Numbered from the stretch's first letter, positions 1 to 8,876 are shown. The stretch is 42,383 nucleotides of DNA from Candidatus Acetocimmeria pyornia (GCA_004367365.1 SESX01000003.1:1-42383); one strand, 5' to 3'. A program made the numbers and translations. The notes: a model not told the origin generated them from the letters alone.

Positions 1-140
1 TGCTGGATGGCGATCGCTCCCGGTACCGCTTCGGCGATGGCTTCCGCCGTCCGGTTAGCACACACCACACTTGAGAGAACCAGCAGCTGGTTTCTTATTC
101 CCACCCTGCCGTCTGGACGCCTGTATCCCCAGAATTCCAT
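1..140 (-). CDS. UxaA/GarD-family (altronate/galactarate/sulfolactate-type) dehydratase large subunit, 5' part only (runs off window)
   Basis: Manual translation from ATG at 140: MEFWGYRRPDGRVGIRNQLLVLSSVVCANRTAEAIA..., the GYRRxDGRVGxRN signature; start overlaps the stop of the upstream SAF subunit (TGATG). Confidence 0.85.
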   Translation of the reverse strand, partial: MEFWGYRRPDGRVGIRNQLLVLSSVVCANRTAEAIAEAVPGAIAIQ

Positions 141-445
141 CACGCCTCAGCTCCTTTCACCCGGTCACCCCGGCCGCGTTTGCTTTCTACGTTGTGGATA
201 TGCACATGCTCTCCCGGGGCTATGTCCCTGGTGGCCGTACCAATGGTTTCTCCGTACTTGGTCACCGGGTTTCCTTTCTTGATCTCCCTGACCGCAAACT
301 TGTGCCCGGTCTCCACCGGCCCGGTCAACACTACCTTTACCTTTTCGCCGCCAACTTCCAACTCCAGTTCTTCCCCAGCCTCCAGGTCCTTGGTAGCTGT
401 GGCCACGTTGTCTTTTTTGTTAATCACAAGGGCCTTCGACACCAT
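140..445 (-). CDS. UxaA-family dehydratase small subunit (SAF domain)
   Basis: DNVATA, GHKFA, KYGETIG and GEHVHIHNVES motifs; AGGAGG RBS. Confidence 0.9.
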   Translation of the reverse strand: MVSKALVINKKDNVATATKDLEAGEELELEVGGEKVKVVLTGPVETGHKFAVREIKKGNPVTKYGETIGTATRDIAPGEHVHIHNVESKRGRGDRVKGAEA

Positions 446-557
446 CTTTTCCTCCCTTCTGGCAGTAAGGCTCGCACTTCCGCTTTAGAGCTTTTTCTGA
501 CCGCCTTAGTTGGTCGTCTCTTCAGAAAGCGGAGGCGAAGATAGACTGCCACCAGCC

Positions 558-616
558 ATTTCCACTTTTTCGCTGGTGCCGCCGCCTGAAGCGGCGTGGA
601 CCATTACCGCGCAAAT
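558..616 (+). repeat. Dispersed palindromic short repeat R1, copy
   Basis: ATTTCCACTTTTTCGCTGGTGCCGCCGCCTGAAGCGGCGTGGACCATTACCGCGCAAAT aligns with copies at 6272 and 36704. Confidence 0.75.
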
Positions 617-680
617 ACCATGCCTGAGTCGGTGGATGCTTTCTTCGCCGGCTTCAGGAGGATTGATTCGACGGAGTCCC

Positions 681-737
681 ATGTTTATCCTCCGTGGTGC
701 CATCCACTTACGGGAGGCAGGCCAATTGCCAGAAAAC
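681..737 (+). repeat. R1 repeat, degenerate copy
   Basis: ATGTTTATCCTCCGTGGTGCC...CCAGAAAAC shares the 5' half and end motif. Confidence 0.55.
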
Positions 738-778
738 CTTTCTAGCTGTGACATTTTTTACCAAGTTTTCTGCCAATT
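724..778. promoter_or_regulatory. 14-bp inverted repeat (candidate operator) overlapping a possible sigma54-like element upstream of the uxaA-like operon
   Basis: AATTGCCAGAAAAC-N27-GTTTTCTGCCAATT (one mismatch); minus strand reads TGGCAGAAAACTTGGT (GG-N10-GG rather than GG-N10-GC). Confidence 0.35.
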
Positions 779-852
779 AATTCTTCCTTCCCAATACAGT
801 AACACCAGGCACTTCTCCGGTTACATAGATTTCGATTCCAATATAGGCTTCT

Positions 853-1659
853 TCAAAGCTTGACCCTTTCGGCCCGCCGCTTCGAAAAACGCACCACCGA
901 ATCATAACCTGCCTTCTTCAAGATCTCGGCAGCCTCGGGAAAACCATGGCCAACCTCCTCCGGCCGGTGGGCATCTGAGGAAAGGGTCACAGGTACCCCG
1001 TACCGGGCGAGAATCGAAACAAAGGACTTTGATGGGTAGGTTTCTTGAACCGGCTTACGCCAACCGGCTGTATTCAACTCAAACCATACCCCGGCCCTGG
1101 AAAGGGCCTGGGCAACTTCTTCCATGAGACCCGTAATATCGCAGCTGGGCCGGTGACCAAAAACCTTTACGACATCCAAATGGCCCATAATGTCAAAGAG
1201 ACCGCTCTCCGCCGCCTTAATCACCTTACGGAAGTAGTCGTGGTAAACCTGGTCCACGTCCACCTCCTGCCACCGGTCTTTCTGCTCCGGAACATCAAAC
1301 CCCCAGCCGTTTATCCAGTGGACCGACCCGATCACGTAATCCCACGGGTATCGGCTCAAAAACCGGGCAATCTCCCCCTCCCGGCCTTCTACGTAATCGA
1401 ACTCAATACCAAGCTTCACCTGAAGACCTTTTTTCCTGGCGGCTTCAATCAGACGAACGTAATCATCGACACTGATTTCAACCCACTGCAGAACCCACGG
1501 ATTATCAGCCACAATATGGGCCGCTTCCCGGAACCGGTAGCAGTGTTCGGAAAACCCAATCTCCTCCAGTCCCACCCGGCAGGCCTGCCGGTAAAATTGT
1601 TCAAGCCATTCCAGTTCCAAGGGACCCTCTTCCAAGTGGAGGTGGTAGTCAAAGAGCAC
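853..1659 (-). CDS. PHP-domain histidinol-phosphatase (HisJ family)
   Basis: DYHLH, FSEH, GIEFDY, IGSVH, GHLD, ELNTAG and SSDAH motifs. Confidence 0.9.
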   Translation of the reverse strand: MLFDYHLHLEEGPLELEWLEQFYRQACRVGLEEIGFSEHCYRFREAAHIVADNPWVLQWVEISVDDYVRLIEAARKKGLQVKLGIEFDYVEGREGEIARFLSRYPWDYVIGSVHWINGWGFDVPEQKDRWQEVDVDQVYHDYFRKVIKAAESGLFDIMGHLDVVKVFGHRPSCDITGLMEEVAQALSRAGVWFELNTAGWRKPVQETYPSKSFVSILARYGVPVTLSSDAHRPEEVGHGFPEAAEILKKAGYDSVVRFSKRRAERVKL

Positions 1660-1989
1660 TTTTTCAACTCCTTCTCAATCCAGTAATCCGGCAACCTGTC
1701 ACTAGAGTCGATTGTCTTCTTGCACTGCAATAAGGTCAGCTGCAGCTCTTGTTGCTCGTAGTGCCGCCAATCTTTAGTGTAACTTGAACACTACTTGCAA
1801 AGCACAGGACACCCCTCTTCTCATAGGGCAGAACTCGACCTGCTGGAAGCCCCTTGTGATTTCACCGGCCCGGCCGCCGCGCGCCCACTGGTCTTAATCA
1901 GGAACTACCTGGCCGTGGTCGGCCCGTGAAATCCCGGTGGTACCTGCCTAGGTTTCGGAACACTGCAGGGATGAAAGGAGGCTTACACC

Positions 1990-2011
1990 AAAAAAAGGCC
2001 CATCAAGGGCC
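1990..2011 (-). terminator. Intrinsic terminator of the tRNA operon
   Basis: Minus strand GGCCC-TTGAT-GGGCC followed by a T run. Confidence 0.75.
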
Positions 2012-2027
2012 CCGTCATTTTTCACAA

Positions 2028-2102
2028 TGGCTGGGGCGGCAGGATTCGAACCTGCGGATGCGGGATCCAAAGTCCCGTGCCTTACCGCTTGGCTACACCC
2101 CA
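2028..2102 (-). tRNA. tRNA-Gln(TTG)
   Basis: TGGGGTGTAGCCAAGCGGTAAGGCACGGGACTTTGGATCCCG...GGTTCGAATCC...CCA; cloverleaf with encoded CCA. Confidence 0.97.
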
Positions 2103-2109
2103 AGGTTAT

Positions 2110-2185
2110 TGGTGGAGATGAGCGGACTCGAACCGCCGACCTCCTGCTTGCAAGGCAGGCGCTCTCCCAACTGAGCTACATCCCC
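2110..2185 (-). tRNA. tRNA-Ala(TGC)
   Basis: GGGGATGTAGCTCAGTTGGGAGAGCGCCTGCCTTGCAAGCAGG...GGTTCGAGTCC...CCA. Confidence 0.97.
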
Positions 2186-2193
2186 ATAATTAT

Positions 2194-2268
2194 TGGCTCC
2201 CCGGGCAGGACTCGAACCTGCAGCCACTCGGTTAACAGCCGAGCGCTCTACCATTGAGCTACCGAGGA
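2194..2268 (-). tRNA. tRNA-Asn(GTT)
   Basis: TCCTCGGTAGCTCAATGGTAGAGCGCTCGGCTGTTAACCGAG...GGTTCGAGTCC...CCA. Confidence 0.97.
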
Positions 2269-2310
2269 GCGTAACTGCAAAGTTTACATGATTCTTGGCG
2301 TTACGCGTAT

Positions 2311-2339
2311 ATTATAAACACTCGAATTTGAAAAGTCAA
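2311..2339 (-). promoter_or_regulatory. SigA promoter of the tRNA operon
   Basis: TTGACT-N17-TATAAT on minus strand. Confidence 0.85.
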
Positions 2340-2971
2340 GGTACCCAAAAACCTCTCTTTTTGCGCACAGCCTTTGACAATTGAATGCCGAGCATGTAAA
2401 GAGACGCTGTTTCCAAGTGGGTGCTGGCCGTGACATCAAAAAGGATGTTGGCCCGGGCTTCAAATTCCTCGTCCGCAGCCCATAAGACCAGCGCCAGCGG
2501 GACCTTGGGTAAAGCCGGTATGACAGCTCCCACATCACCGGCATCCATCCCCTCGCCTCCGAAGGATTCAACCACCCGCCTGAAATCCTCCGGGTCGTCC
2601 CCAAATTCCCTGGCCAGGGGGGAAATAGCCTCACGCTGGAAGGGAGCGTAATGCTGAGGCCCACCGGGAAGTTCCAAGAAAGATAACCACTGGCCGCGCG
2701 GGGGAAGACCGCTGGACCGGGTGAGGTACTGCAAAATCAGGATCTCGTCGGTCAGCTCAGGTTTTTCCCGCGAACTGACAGGTTCGATTCCCCCGTCCAC
2801 ACCGACCAGGTAATCACAACCACAGTAACTAATGGAGATAGCGCGCTGCTCTTTATCGAAAAGGGCCCCAGCTAACCGGGCCCTGAATTCCAGGTCCGGC
2901 TCGGAACGAAAAGCCGCCAGGGCTAGATGGTAAGCATCTTCATACTGGTTCCTTTTCACAACGCCAACCAC
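2336..2971 (-). CDS. DUF3786-family protein
   Basis: ILILQYL, WLSFLELPGG, GDVGAVIPALPKVPL, WAADEEFEARANILFD motifs. Confidence 0.8.
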   Translation of the reverse strand: MVGVVKRNQYEDAYHLALAAFRSEPDLEFRARLAGALFDKEQRAISISYCGCDYLVGVDGGIEPVSSREKPELTDEILILQYLTRSSGLPPRGQWLSFLELPGGPQHYAPFQREAISPLAREFGDDPEDFRRVVESFGGEGMDAGDVGAVIPALPKVPLALVLWAADEEFEARANILFDVTASTHLETASLYMLGIQLSKAVRKKRGFWVP

Positions 2972-3726
2972 CCACCATCGACAGTCAGGGTAGACCCAGT
3001 AACAAAGCTCGATGCCTCTGAAGCCAGGTAGACGACAGCACCTGTGATTTCTTCAGGTTTTCCAAATCTGGCCATTGGGGTTTTCCGGATCAGGTCAGCG
3101 TAGATTTTTTCACTTCGCCGCACCCCTTCGGTCATCCCAGTTTCAATGTACCCCGGGGCAACAGCGTTGACCCGGATGCCGAATCTCACCCAGTCCACTG
3201 CCAGGACCCGGGTTAGCTGCAGGACCCCTCCCTTGCTCGCACAGTACGCCGCAAGGCGGGGGAAGGCCACTTCTCCTCCTATCGAGGCGATATTGATGAT
3301 GGAACCACGAACCTGAGTCTCGATCATTTTCATCCCTACTGCCCGGCAGCAAAGGAAGTTCCCCCGAAGGTTAACATTGATAATTTGGTCCCACTCCTCG
3401 ATGGTCATTTCCTCTGCCCTTTTCAGAACCGGGGAGATCCCGGCGGCATTCACAAGAACATCTATCCGACCGAACCTGGCCATCACGGCTTCAACCATTT
3501 CTTCCACTTGCTCCGGAACAGCCACATCCGTGGTTACCTCCAGGGTTTGACGGCCGAGGCGCCGGATTTCGGCGGCCACCTCCTGCACATCACCCGCTGT
3601 CCGGCTTGTCGGCACCACGTCTGCCCCAGCCTCTGCCAGGGCGACCGCAGCAGCCCTGCCGATCCCTTTCCCCCCACCGGTAACCACGGCAACTTTGCCC
3701 GTAAGGTCGAAACTTTTTGGGATCAT
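2956..3726 (-). CDS. SDR-family NAD(P)-dependent oxidoreductase (KduD/gluconate 5-dehydrogenase-like)
   Basis: TGGGKGIG, YCASK catalytic motif, NAVAPG, VDGG. Confidence 0.92.
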   Translation of the reverse strand: MIPKSFDLTGKVAVVTGGGKGIGRAAAVALAEAGADVVPTSRTAGDVQEVAAEIRRLGRQTLEVTTDVAVPEQVEEMVEAVMARFGRIDVLVNAAGISPVLKRAEEMTIEEWDQIINVNLRGNFLCCRAVGMKMIETQVRGSIINIASIGGEVAFPRLAAYCASKGGVLQLTRVLAVDWVRFGIRVNAVAPGYIETGMTEGVRRSEKIYADLIRKTPMARFGKPEEITGAVVYLASEASSFVTGSTLTVDGGWLAL

Positions 3727-4020
3727 TACCCTTCAACTCCTTTAAGTGCTACGCGCTTTTGATTCCTACAACTGTCAAAAACTGCTTTCTGCTTGGCTGT
3801 TTCATATTTCCCCACTCACCCCTGGCTGAGCCTCTGCTATCCTTAACTGGAACACTGCCGGACCAACCGGCCCGCTGTCCCTTGAGGACCACCGTTCTCG
3901 CTCCGAAAACCCACACCGGTAAAGTTCGTTCAATTTAGTTCCCCGTGGTTCAGACCGACCAGCCCGAGTCGTGCAAATCCATCCCTGTACTGGCCGGTTT
4001 CCACGCAGCACAGGCACCAA

Positions 4021-4338
4021 TCAAGACCTGTCACTTTTCAACAAACGTAGGAACTCGGCTACCGTAGCCGGTATTTGTTCCTCTGGTACTGCACGGTGCT
4101 GCACCGTCTCCCCTGCAACCACCACCCATCCTGCCGGCGGCTGGATCCCGGGGCGTGTGGCACAATCAGCCGGACACCCGCTGAGGATCAGAACCGTTAC
4201 TGCCTCCGGGTCAGCAGCCGGTACAAAGCCTATCCCGTCCCGGAACACCAGTTCCTGGACACCCTCAAGAACCCGTTTCCGGTCGATGACCGGGTTACAC
4301 CCGCCGCAGTACTTGACCCCAACCTTAAATCTGACCAC
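4021..4338 (-). CDS. Small conserved hypothetical protein with YCGGCNP and GCxxxC motifs (possible metal/Fe-S binding); start uncertain
   Basis: KVGVKYCGGCNPVIDR...LSGCPADCA; the longer start at 4392 lies inside a repeat copy. Confidence 0.65.
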   Translation of the reverse strand: MVRFKVGVKYCGGCNPVIDRKRVLEGVQELVFRDGIGFVPAADPEAVTVLILSGCPADCATRPGIQPPAGWVVVAGETVQHRAVPEEQIPATVAEFLRLLKSDRS

Positions 4339-4382
4339 CTCTCCTTTCTCGAGCCTGGCAGGCCTCCATGCTTCTCGCCGTC

Positions 4383-4618
4383 TCTTCTCCACTAGTGCTG
4401 CACACCGCTACCGGTGGAGGCACCACGGAGAATGAAAATCAAGAACAAGCCTGTTGTTGCAGTCTACATCAGGGGTGCCAACAAACGGGCAGCCACGGGC
4501 TCCCCGAGCGGCGATGAGTAAACGAGTTCAAGAACCGCAGGCAGCGAAGACCAGCCGCAACTACCTGTCTGGGCCCGGAGGGGTGTGTGGCTGCCGCCCG
4601 GAGCCGCCGAGGTTCATT
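4383..4618 (-). repeat. Composite repeat element (R1 plus structured body), inverted copy
   Basis: Reverse complement aligns with 6385-6594 (AATGAACCTCG.CGGCTCCGGG, GCCTGCGGTTCTTGAAC, TGTAGACTGCA, ATTTTCA..GTGGTGCC). Confidence 0.9.
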
Positions 4619-4783
4619 TGGTTAATTTCAACATTCCAGCCCCGAAATCCTATCCCCCAAACCGGCTAGGTCGAGAGGCTGCCGGTACCATCCCCATCTT
4701 CTCTTGAAACCCCGCAGCCCAAAAACCCCGGATGGGCCCCGTGACAATGCAACTACCACTGTTTTCCCCTTTTGTCTCCCCTG

Positions 4784-4811
4784 GCAGGAATTGTTCCCCC
4801 GCTTAAAGAAC
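4784..4811 (+). promoter_or_regulatory. SigH-like promoter
   Basis: GCAGGA-N18-GAAC upstream of the aminotransferase. Confidence 0.45.
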
Positions 4812-4920
4812 TAAGTCTGGCGGTCGTCTGTTTTCTCCGCAACCATGCAGGAATCCGGCAACGGTTTCGCCCGAAAACAGAACCTACATGAAGCTAGACA
4901 GTGGTGGAGGTGGACAGAAG

Positions 4921-6087
4921 ATGTTCTTCGAAAAGGCAGACCGAATCAAGGGGTTTTCGTCTGCCGTCTTCTCCGAGATGGAGAAAGCCAAGTACGCCGC
5001 CATGGAACGCGGCATTGAAGTCATTAACCTCGGTATCGGAAGCCCGGACCTCCCGCCGGCACCACATATCAGAAAACGCCTTCAGGAGGCTGTAGCCGAT
5101 CCCAATAATTACGGCTACGCCATCCTGGGTTTTCCTGAACTGCACGAGGCCCTCGCAGACTGGTACCGAAACCGTTTTGGGGTTGAACTTGACCCCAAGA
5201 CCGAGGTACTGGACCTGATGGGGTCCCAGGACGGGCTGGCACACATCTCACTGGCAGTCATCAACCCAGGGGATACCGTCCTGGTTCCCGATCCCGGTTA
5301 CCCGATTTACAGTGCCGGACCCCTATTCGCAGGTGCCGAGCTCTACCGTTACCCCCTGCTGGAAGAAAACAACTACCTGCCGGTTCTGGAAGAATTCGAA
5401 CCGTCACTGCTCAAGCGGGCTAAAATGATCATCATCAATTACCCCAACAACCCGCTGGCGGCCACTGCTCCCCTTGAATTCTTTTCACGGCTGGTGGAGC
5501 TGGCCTACCAGTACAACTTCTTAATCTGTCACGATGTTGCTTATTGTGAACTGGCCTTTGACGGGTACCGGCCTCCAAGCCTCCTGCAGGTCGATGGGGC
5601 CAAAGAGGTTGCGGTAGAGTTTTCTTCCCTCTCCAAGACTTACAACATGGCCGGGTGCAGGCTCGGTTTCGTATCCGGCAACCCCCAGGTGATAGCCGCC
5701 CTGGCCGAGGTTAAGTCCTACCTTGACTATGGTGTCTTCAAGCCCATTCAATATGCGGGGATTACGGCACTGACCGGACCCCAAGAATACGTTCGGGAAA
5801 CCGTCCTTACCTACCAGAGAAGACGAGATGTCTTGGTAGAGGGTCTAAACTCCATCGGTTGGAAGCTAGAGAAACCCAAGGCTACCATGTTTGTCTGGGC
5901 CCCGGTTCCGGGGGAATATACCTCCTCTGACTTCGCCACCACCCTCCTCGCAAAGACGGGGGTCGTGGTCCTACCGGGCAACGGCTTCGGGGAAAACGGG
6001 GAGGGGTACGTCAGGATCGGCCTTGTCCAGGATGAAGAACAGTTGAAAGAAGCTGTCGCCCGGATCGCAGAGAGCGGTCTCTTCTGA
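4921..6087 (+). CDS. Class I/II PLP aminotransferase, LL-diaminopimelate aminotransferase-like
   Basis: INLGIGSPD, NYPNNP, HDVAY, SLSKTYNMAGCRLG (PLP lysine), GEGYVRI; GGAGG RBS before ATG 4921. Confidence 0.85.
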   Translation: MFFEKADRIKGFSSAVFSEMEKAKYAAMERGIEVINLGIGSPDLPPAPHIRKRLQEAVADPNNYGYAILGFPELHEALADWYRNRFGVELDPKTEVLDLMGSQDGLAHISLAVINPGDTVLVPDPGYPIYSAGPLFAGAELYRYPLLEENNYLPVLEEFEPSLLKRAKMIIINYPNNPLAATAPLEFFSRLVELAYQYNFLICHDVAYCELAFDGYRPPSLLQVDGAKEVAVEFSSLSKTYNMAGCRLGFVSGNPQVIAALAEVKSYLDYGVFKPIQYAGITALTGPQEYVRETVLTYQRRRDVLVEGLNSIGWKLEKPKATMFVWAPVPGEYTSSDFATTLLAKTGVVVLPGNGFGENGEGYVRIGLVQDEEQLKEAVARIAESGLF

Positions 6088-6271
6088 GGGCTCCCCCTAC
6101 GCAGACGCTTCTACGAAAATGCCATCGTCCACCTCGCCAGGGTTGCTCCTCCACTCGCCTTTTTTCTTCCTCACCCCTTCGGGGCTGCAACCGCAGCGTT
6201 TGGTTCCGGAGCAACCCGGGAGTGCAACTCACGATACTACTCGCTCAAGGGGCTGCTGAATACAGCTTCGA

Positions 6272-6594
6272 ATTTTTATGCTTCGTGGTTCCGGCACTTC
6301 TGAGGCGGCATGGAGCATCACTACGAAAATTTTCCGACGGCACCTGCCTTCCTTCGCGGCGTCACGCTCAACGTATAGTTGTATAATGAACCTCGACGGC
6401 TCCGGGCCGCAGCCACAAACTCGCGGTGGCTGCGGCTGGTCCGCCGCCTGCGGTTCTTGAACCAGCTCAGGAAGCCCGCACCCACCCGTTCGATGCCACC
6501 CCTGGTGTAGACTGCAGCAACCGGCTGGAGCCTGATTTTCACCTTCTGTGGTGCCGCCGCGCCGCATTGCGGAATGGAACACTACTCAGGGTTT
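6272..6594 (+). repeat. Composite repeat element: R1 (6272-6330), body with hairpin, R1 (6535-6594)
   Basis: Two direct R1 copies flank a ~205 bp body containing the perfect stem GCCGCAGCCAC/GTGGCTGCGGC; body homologous to 4440-4618 and 8947-9090. Confidence 0.9.
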
Positions 6595-6703
6595 CACTAA
6601 GGCCGCCCTCAGATCGCAGGCCTTGCCTCCACCTGGCGGCTGCTGCCACCTTCATCGTGACCTTCACCCTCGCGGCAGATCCATGCCGGTACATAGAAAA
6701 CCC

Positions 6704-6730
6704 AACCCCGGGCCTGTGAGCCCGGGGTTC
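6704..6730. terminator. GC-rich hairpin between convergent genes (terminator-like)
   Basis: AACCCCGGGC-CTGTGA-GCCCGGGGTT; a second hairpin TAAGGTCTTTT...AAAAAGACCTTA at ~6770-6816. Confidence 0.6.
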
Positions 6731-6837
6731 CAGTAAAGCTTAAGACTCGACGTTTCGGTTAGGTGCAAGTAAGGTCTTTTCCGATGTAAGAGCCTCAAGA
6801 TTGAAAAAGACCTTAAGAACAAGGCTGGGGCCGGCTT

Positions 6838-7677
6838 TCACCTGGCGAAGTTGTGGTTGCCGATTTCGGCAGTTACCTTTTTCGTCCGCCAAAAACTGCT
6901 GGTTGACAGCCGTGGATTATAAAAGAAAAGGGCCCCACCTGTTGGGTCATAGCCGGAAAGGGCCGTAAGGGCAGCCTTGCGGCTGAGCTCACTGGGCTCC
7001 ACCTGAAACCGTCGGCTGTAAACCGCAAGGAACTGTCCAGGTTCTTTGATCACCGCCTCAATCGAATCGGGAAACCGCGGGTCCTCAACCCTGTTTACAA
7101 CCACCGCGCCTACGGCCACCTGTCCCTGAAACGGCTCAGACCCAGCCTCAGCATAGATGATCCTGGCCAGGAGTTCAACTTCGTCCTCATGGGCGTGCCA
7201 CCTGTCTTGCTCCCCTGCATCACTAATCCCGGCAGCAATGGAGATCGATACCGTATTGGTAACCCCTTCCCAGGCCACTTGGCCACCCAAGGCCTCGACT
7301 GCAAAACGTAGGGGAACCAAGGTTCTGCCTTCTACGACCCGGGCCGGAACATCCAGGGGCACAACCCTGCCTCCCACAAGGGCCTCCTTTTCACCCAGGC
7401 CGATGACAATCCCCTGCCGGTCACCATCACCATTGACTAAGACCCGTTTCGAACCGGTATCGTAATGAACCTCGCGTCCCAGGGCCTCGAAGAGTCCCCT
7501 TAACCCCACCAGAATCCTGCTCTCTTCCATGACCACCGGGACAGAAGGTGCCAGTGGAACATCATTGACATAGACGATTACTGGCTCCGTAGGACCTGTA
7601 GAGGCGTAAACAGGCGGGGTAAATAAGAAAACGGAAAGTAACACCGCCATTGCGCACATCCATTGCTTCCGAACCAT
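6838..7677 (-). CDS. Secreted cell wall hydrolase (SleB/Hydrolase_2) with N-terminal copper amine oxidase-like (stalk) domain
   Basis: Signal peptide ending VYA; GRTLVPLRFAVEALGGQVAW; LLARIIYAEAGSEPFQGQVAVGAVVVNRV, GALFFYNP, IGNHNF. Confidence 0.9.
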   Translation of the reverse strand: MVRKQWMCAMAVLLSVFLFTPPVYASTGPTEPVIVYVNDVPLAPSVPVVMEESRILVGLRGLFEALGREVHYDTGSKRVLVNGDGDRQGIVIGLGEKEALVGGRVVPLDVPARVVEGRTLVPLRFAVEALGGQVAWEGVTNTVSISIAAGISDAGEQDRWHAHEDEVELLARIIYAEAGSEPFQGQVAVGAVVVNRVEDPRFPDSIEAVIKEPGQFLAVYSRRFQVEPSELSRKAALTALSGYDPTGGALFFYNPRLSTSSFWRTKKVTAEIGNHNFAR

Positions 7678-7777
7678 GCCCCAACCCCCTCTGAATCGCT
7701 ACCACGAAAGGCTCCTTTTCCCGGGTACCACTTCCTTTTTTTTCGCCGTGACCTTCCGTGAACCTCCAGGAATTATC

Positions 7778-7928
7778 TGCCAGAGAGTAGCTGGGGTTCG
7801 CCGCGTAACCGTAAACCTGTTGGTCTTGTGACAAGGCACACAAGAAAAAAAGACTTCACCACCAGTGCAGCCTGCCATTTATCAAAAGACGTGGGGAGCC
7901 AGACCGCCCCCAGGGTTCGATTCAGCCA
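7778..7928 (-). ncRNA. Possible degenerate c-di-AMP (ydaO/yuaA) riboswitch
   Basis: Ordered blocks GCTGAATC, GGGGG, GGTGGTGAAGTC, GCGAACCCCAGCTACTC resemble the consensus, upstream of a cell wall hydrolase. Confidence 0.35.
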
Positions 7929-8015
7929 AAGGGTAAGGAAACAGCACCGTGCTAGGGCATAAACCCCTGAAAGGTTTAATATATTTCCAGTGACTCATGA
8001 GAATTCCAGCCTGCC

Positions 8016-8876
8016 GTGGTGATGACCTTGACCGGACATTTCCTGGTTATCAACCCCAGGTTCCCAAGAACCATCATCCTCATTATCGCCCTGGCCTTTA
8101 CCTTCTGGTGGCCCTTCCGGGCCCCGGTGACAAGATTTCTCTTTGGTGTTCCACCAGGCGTCACACTGCACGGGGAATCGGTCTCCGGACTGACCACCGT
8201 GGAGGTAGAGGAAAAGGTGCGCCAGTTGGCCGAAGAGCTAAACCAGGAAGCGAAAAACGCCAGTATTGACCGCAGCACAGGGCAGATCATTCCGGAAAAA
8301 TGGGGGGTCCAGGTTGATATCCAGGCCACTGTCAACAGGGTCATGTCCGCTGCCGAAGGAGCCCGGGTAGAACCGGTGCTGCTAGACATTGAACCAGAGT
8401 GGAAGGCTCAAGACCTGAAAGCTATCAGCACGGTGCTTGGAAGTTTCACCACCTGGATGCAGGGTTCAAGTGCCCGGCGTTACAATATTAGGCTCTCGGC
8501 ATCCTTCCTCGACCGAACCCTGGTCCTGCCGGGTGAAGAGTTTTCCTTTAACGCCCTGGCCAGTCCTTACACCAGGGAAAGGGGCTATCAAGATGCTCCC
8601 ATCATTGACGACACCGGGCGAATGTCCCCGGGGATCGGGGGTGGAATCTGTCAGGTATCCACCACTCTCTACAACGCCATCGTCGAGGCCGGCTTAAAGC
8701 TTACCGAAAGACACCGTCATACCCTGCGCATATACTATGTCACCCCTGGCAAAGATGCCGCCGTGGCTCATGATAAAGACCTGCGTTTTGTGAATAACCG
8801 GACCACCCCTGTCCTGGTACGGGTTTACGCCGATGAGAAGAAATTGACGGCGGAAATCCTGGGAACAGGGAACTAA
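8016..8876 (+). CDS. VanW-family protein with N-terminal membrane anchor
   Basis: RRYNIRL, PGEEFSFN, GIGGGICQVSTTLYNA, ERHRH, GKDAAV, DLRFVN. Confidence 0.9.
   Translation: MVMTLTGHFLVINPRFPRTIILIIALAFTFWWPFRAPVTRFLFGVPPGVTLHGESVSGLTTVEVEEKVRQLAEELNQEAKNASIDRSTGQIIPEKWGVQVDIQATVNRVMSAAEGARVEPVLLDIEPEWKAQDLKAISTVLGSFTTWMQGSSARRYNIRLSASFLDRTLVLPGEEFSFNALASPYTRERGYQDAPIIDDTGRMSPGIGGGICQVSTTLYNAIVEAGLKLTERHRHTLRIYYVTPGKDAAVAHDKDLRFVNNRTTPVLVRVYADEKKLTAEILGTGN

Noticed and set aside
1660-2027. Prophage or island integrated at tRNA-Gln
   Set aside because: No integrase and no duplicated tRNA 3' end found in the window
4432-4521. Peptides MKIKNKPVVAVYIRG (+, 4432) and MKIRLQPVAAVYTRG (-, 6542) resembling a serine recombinase N-terminus
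   Set aside because: No catalytic RVS serine, and differences between copies are mostly non-synonymous; similarity is explained by the DNA repeat
6272-6594. R1 copies as a CRISPR array
   Set aside because: Repeats are too long and divergent, only paired, intervening DNA is long and itself repeated, and no cas genes are present
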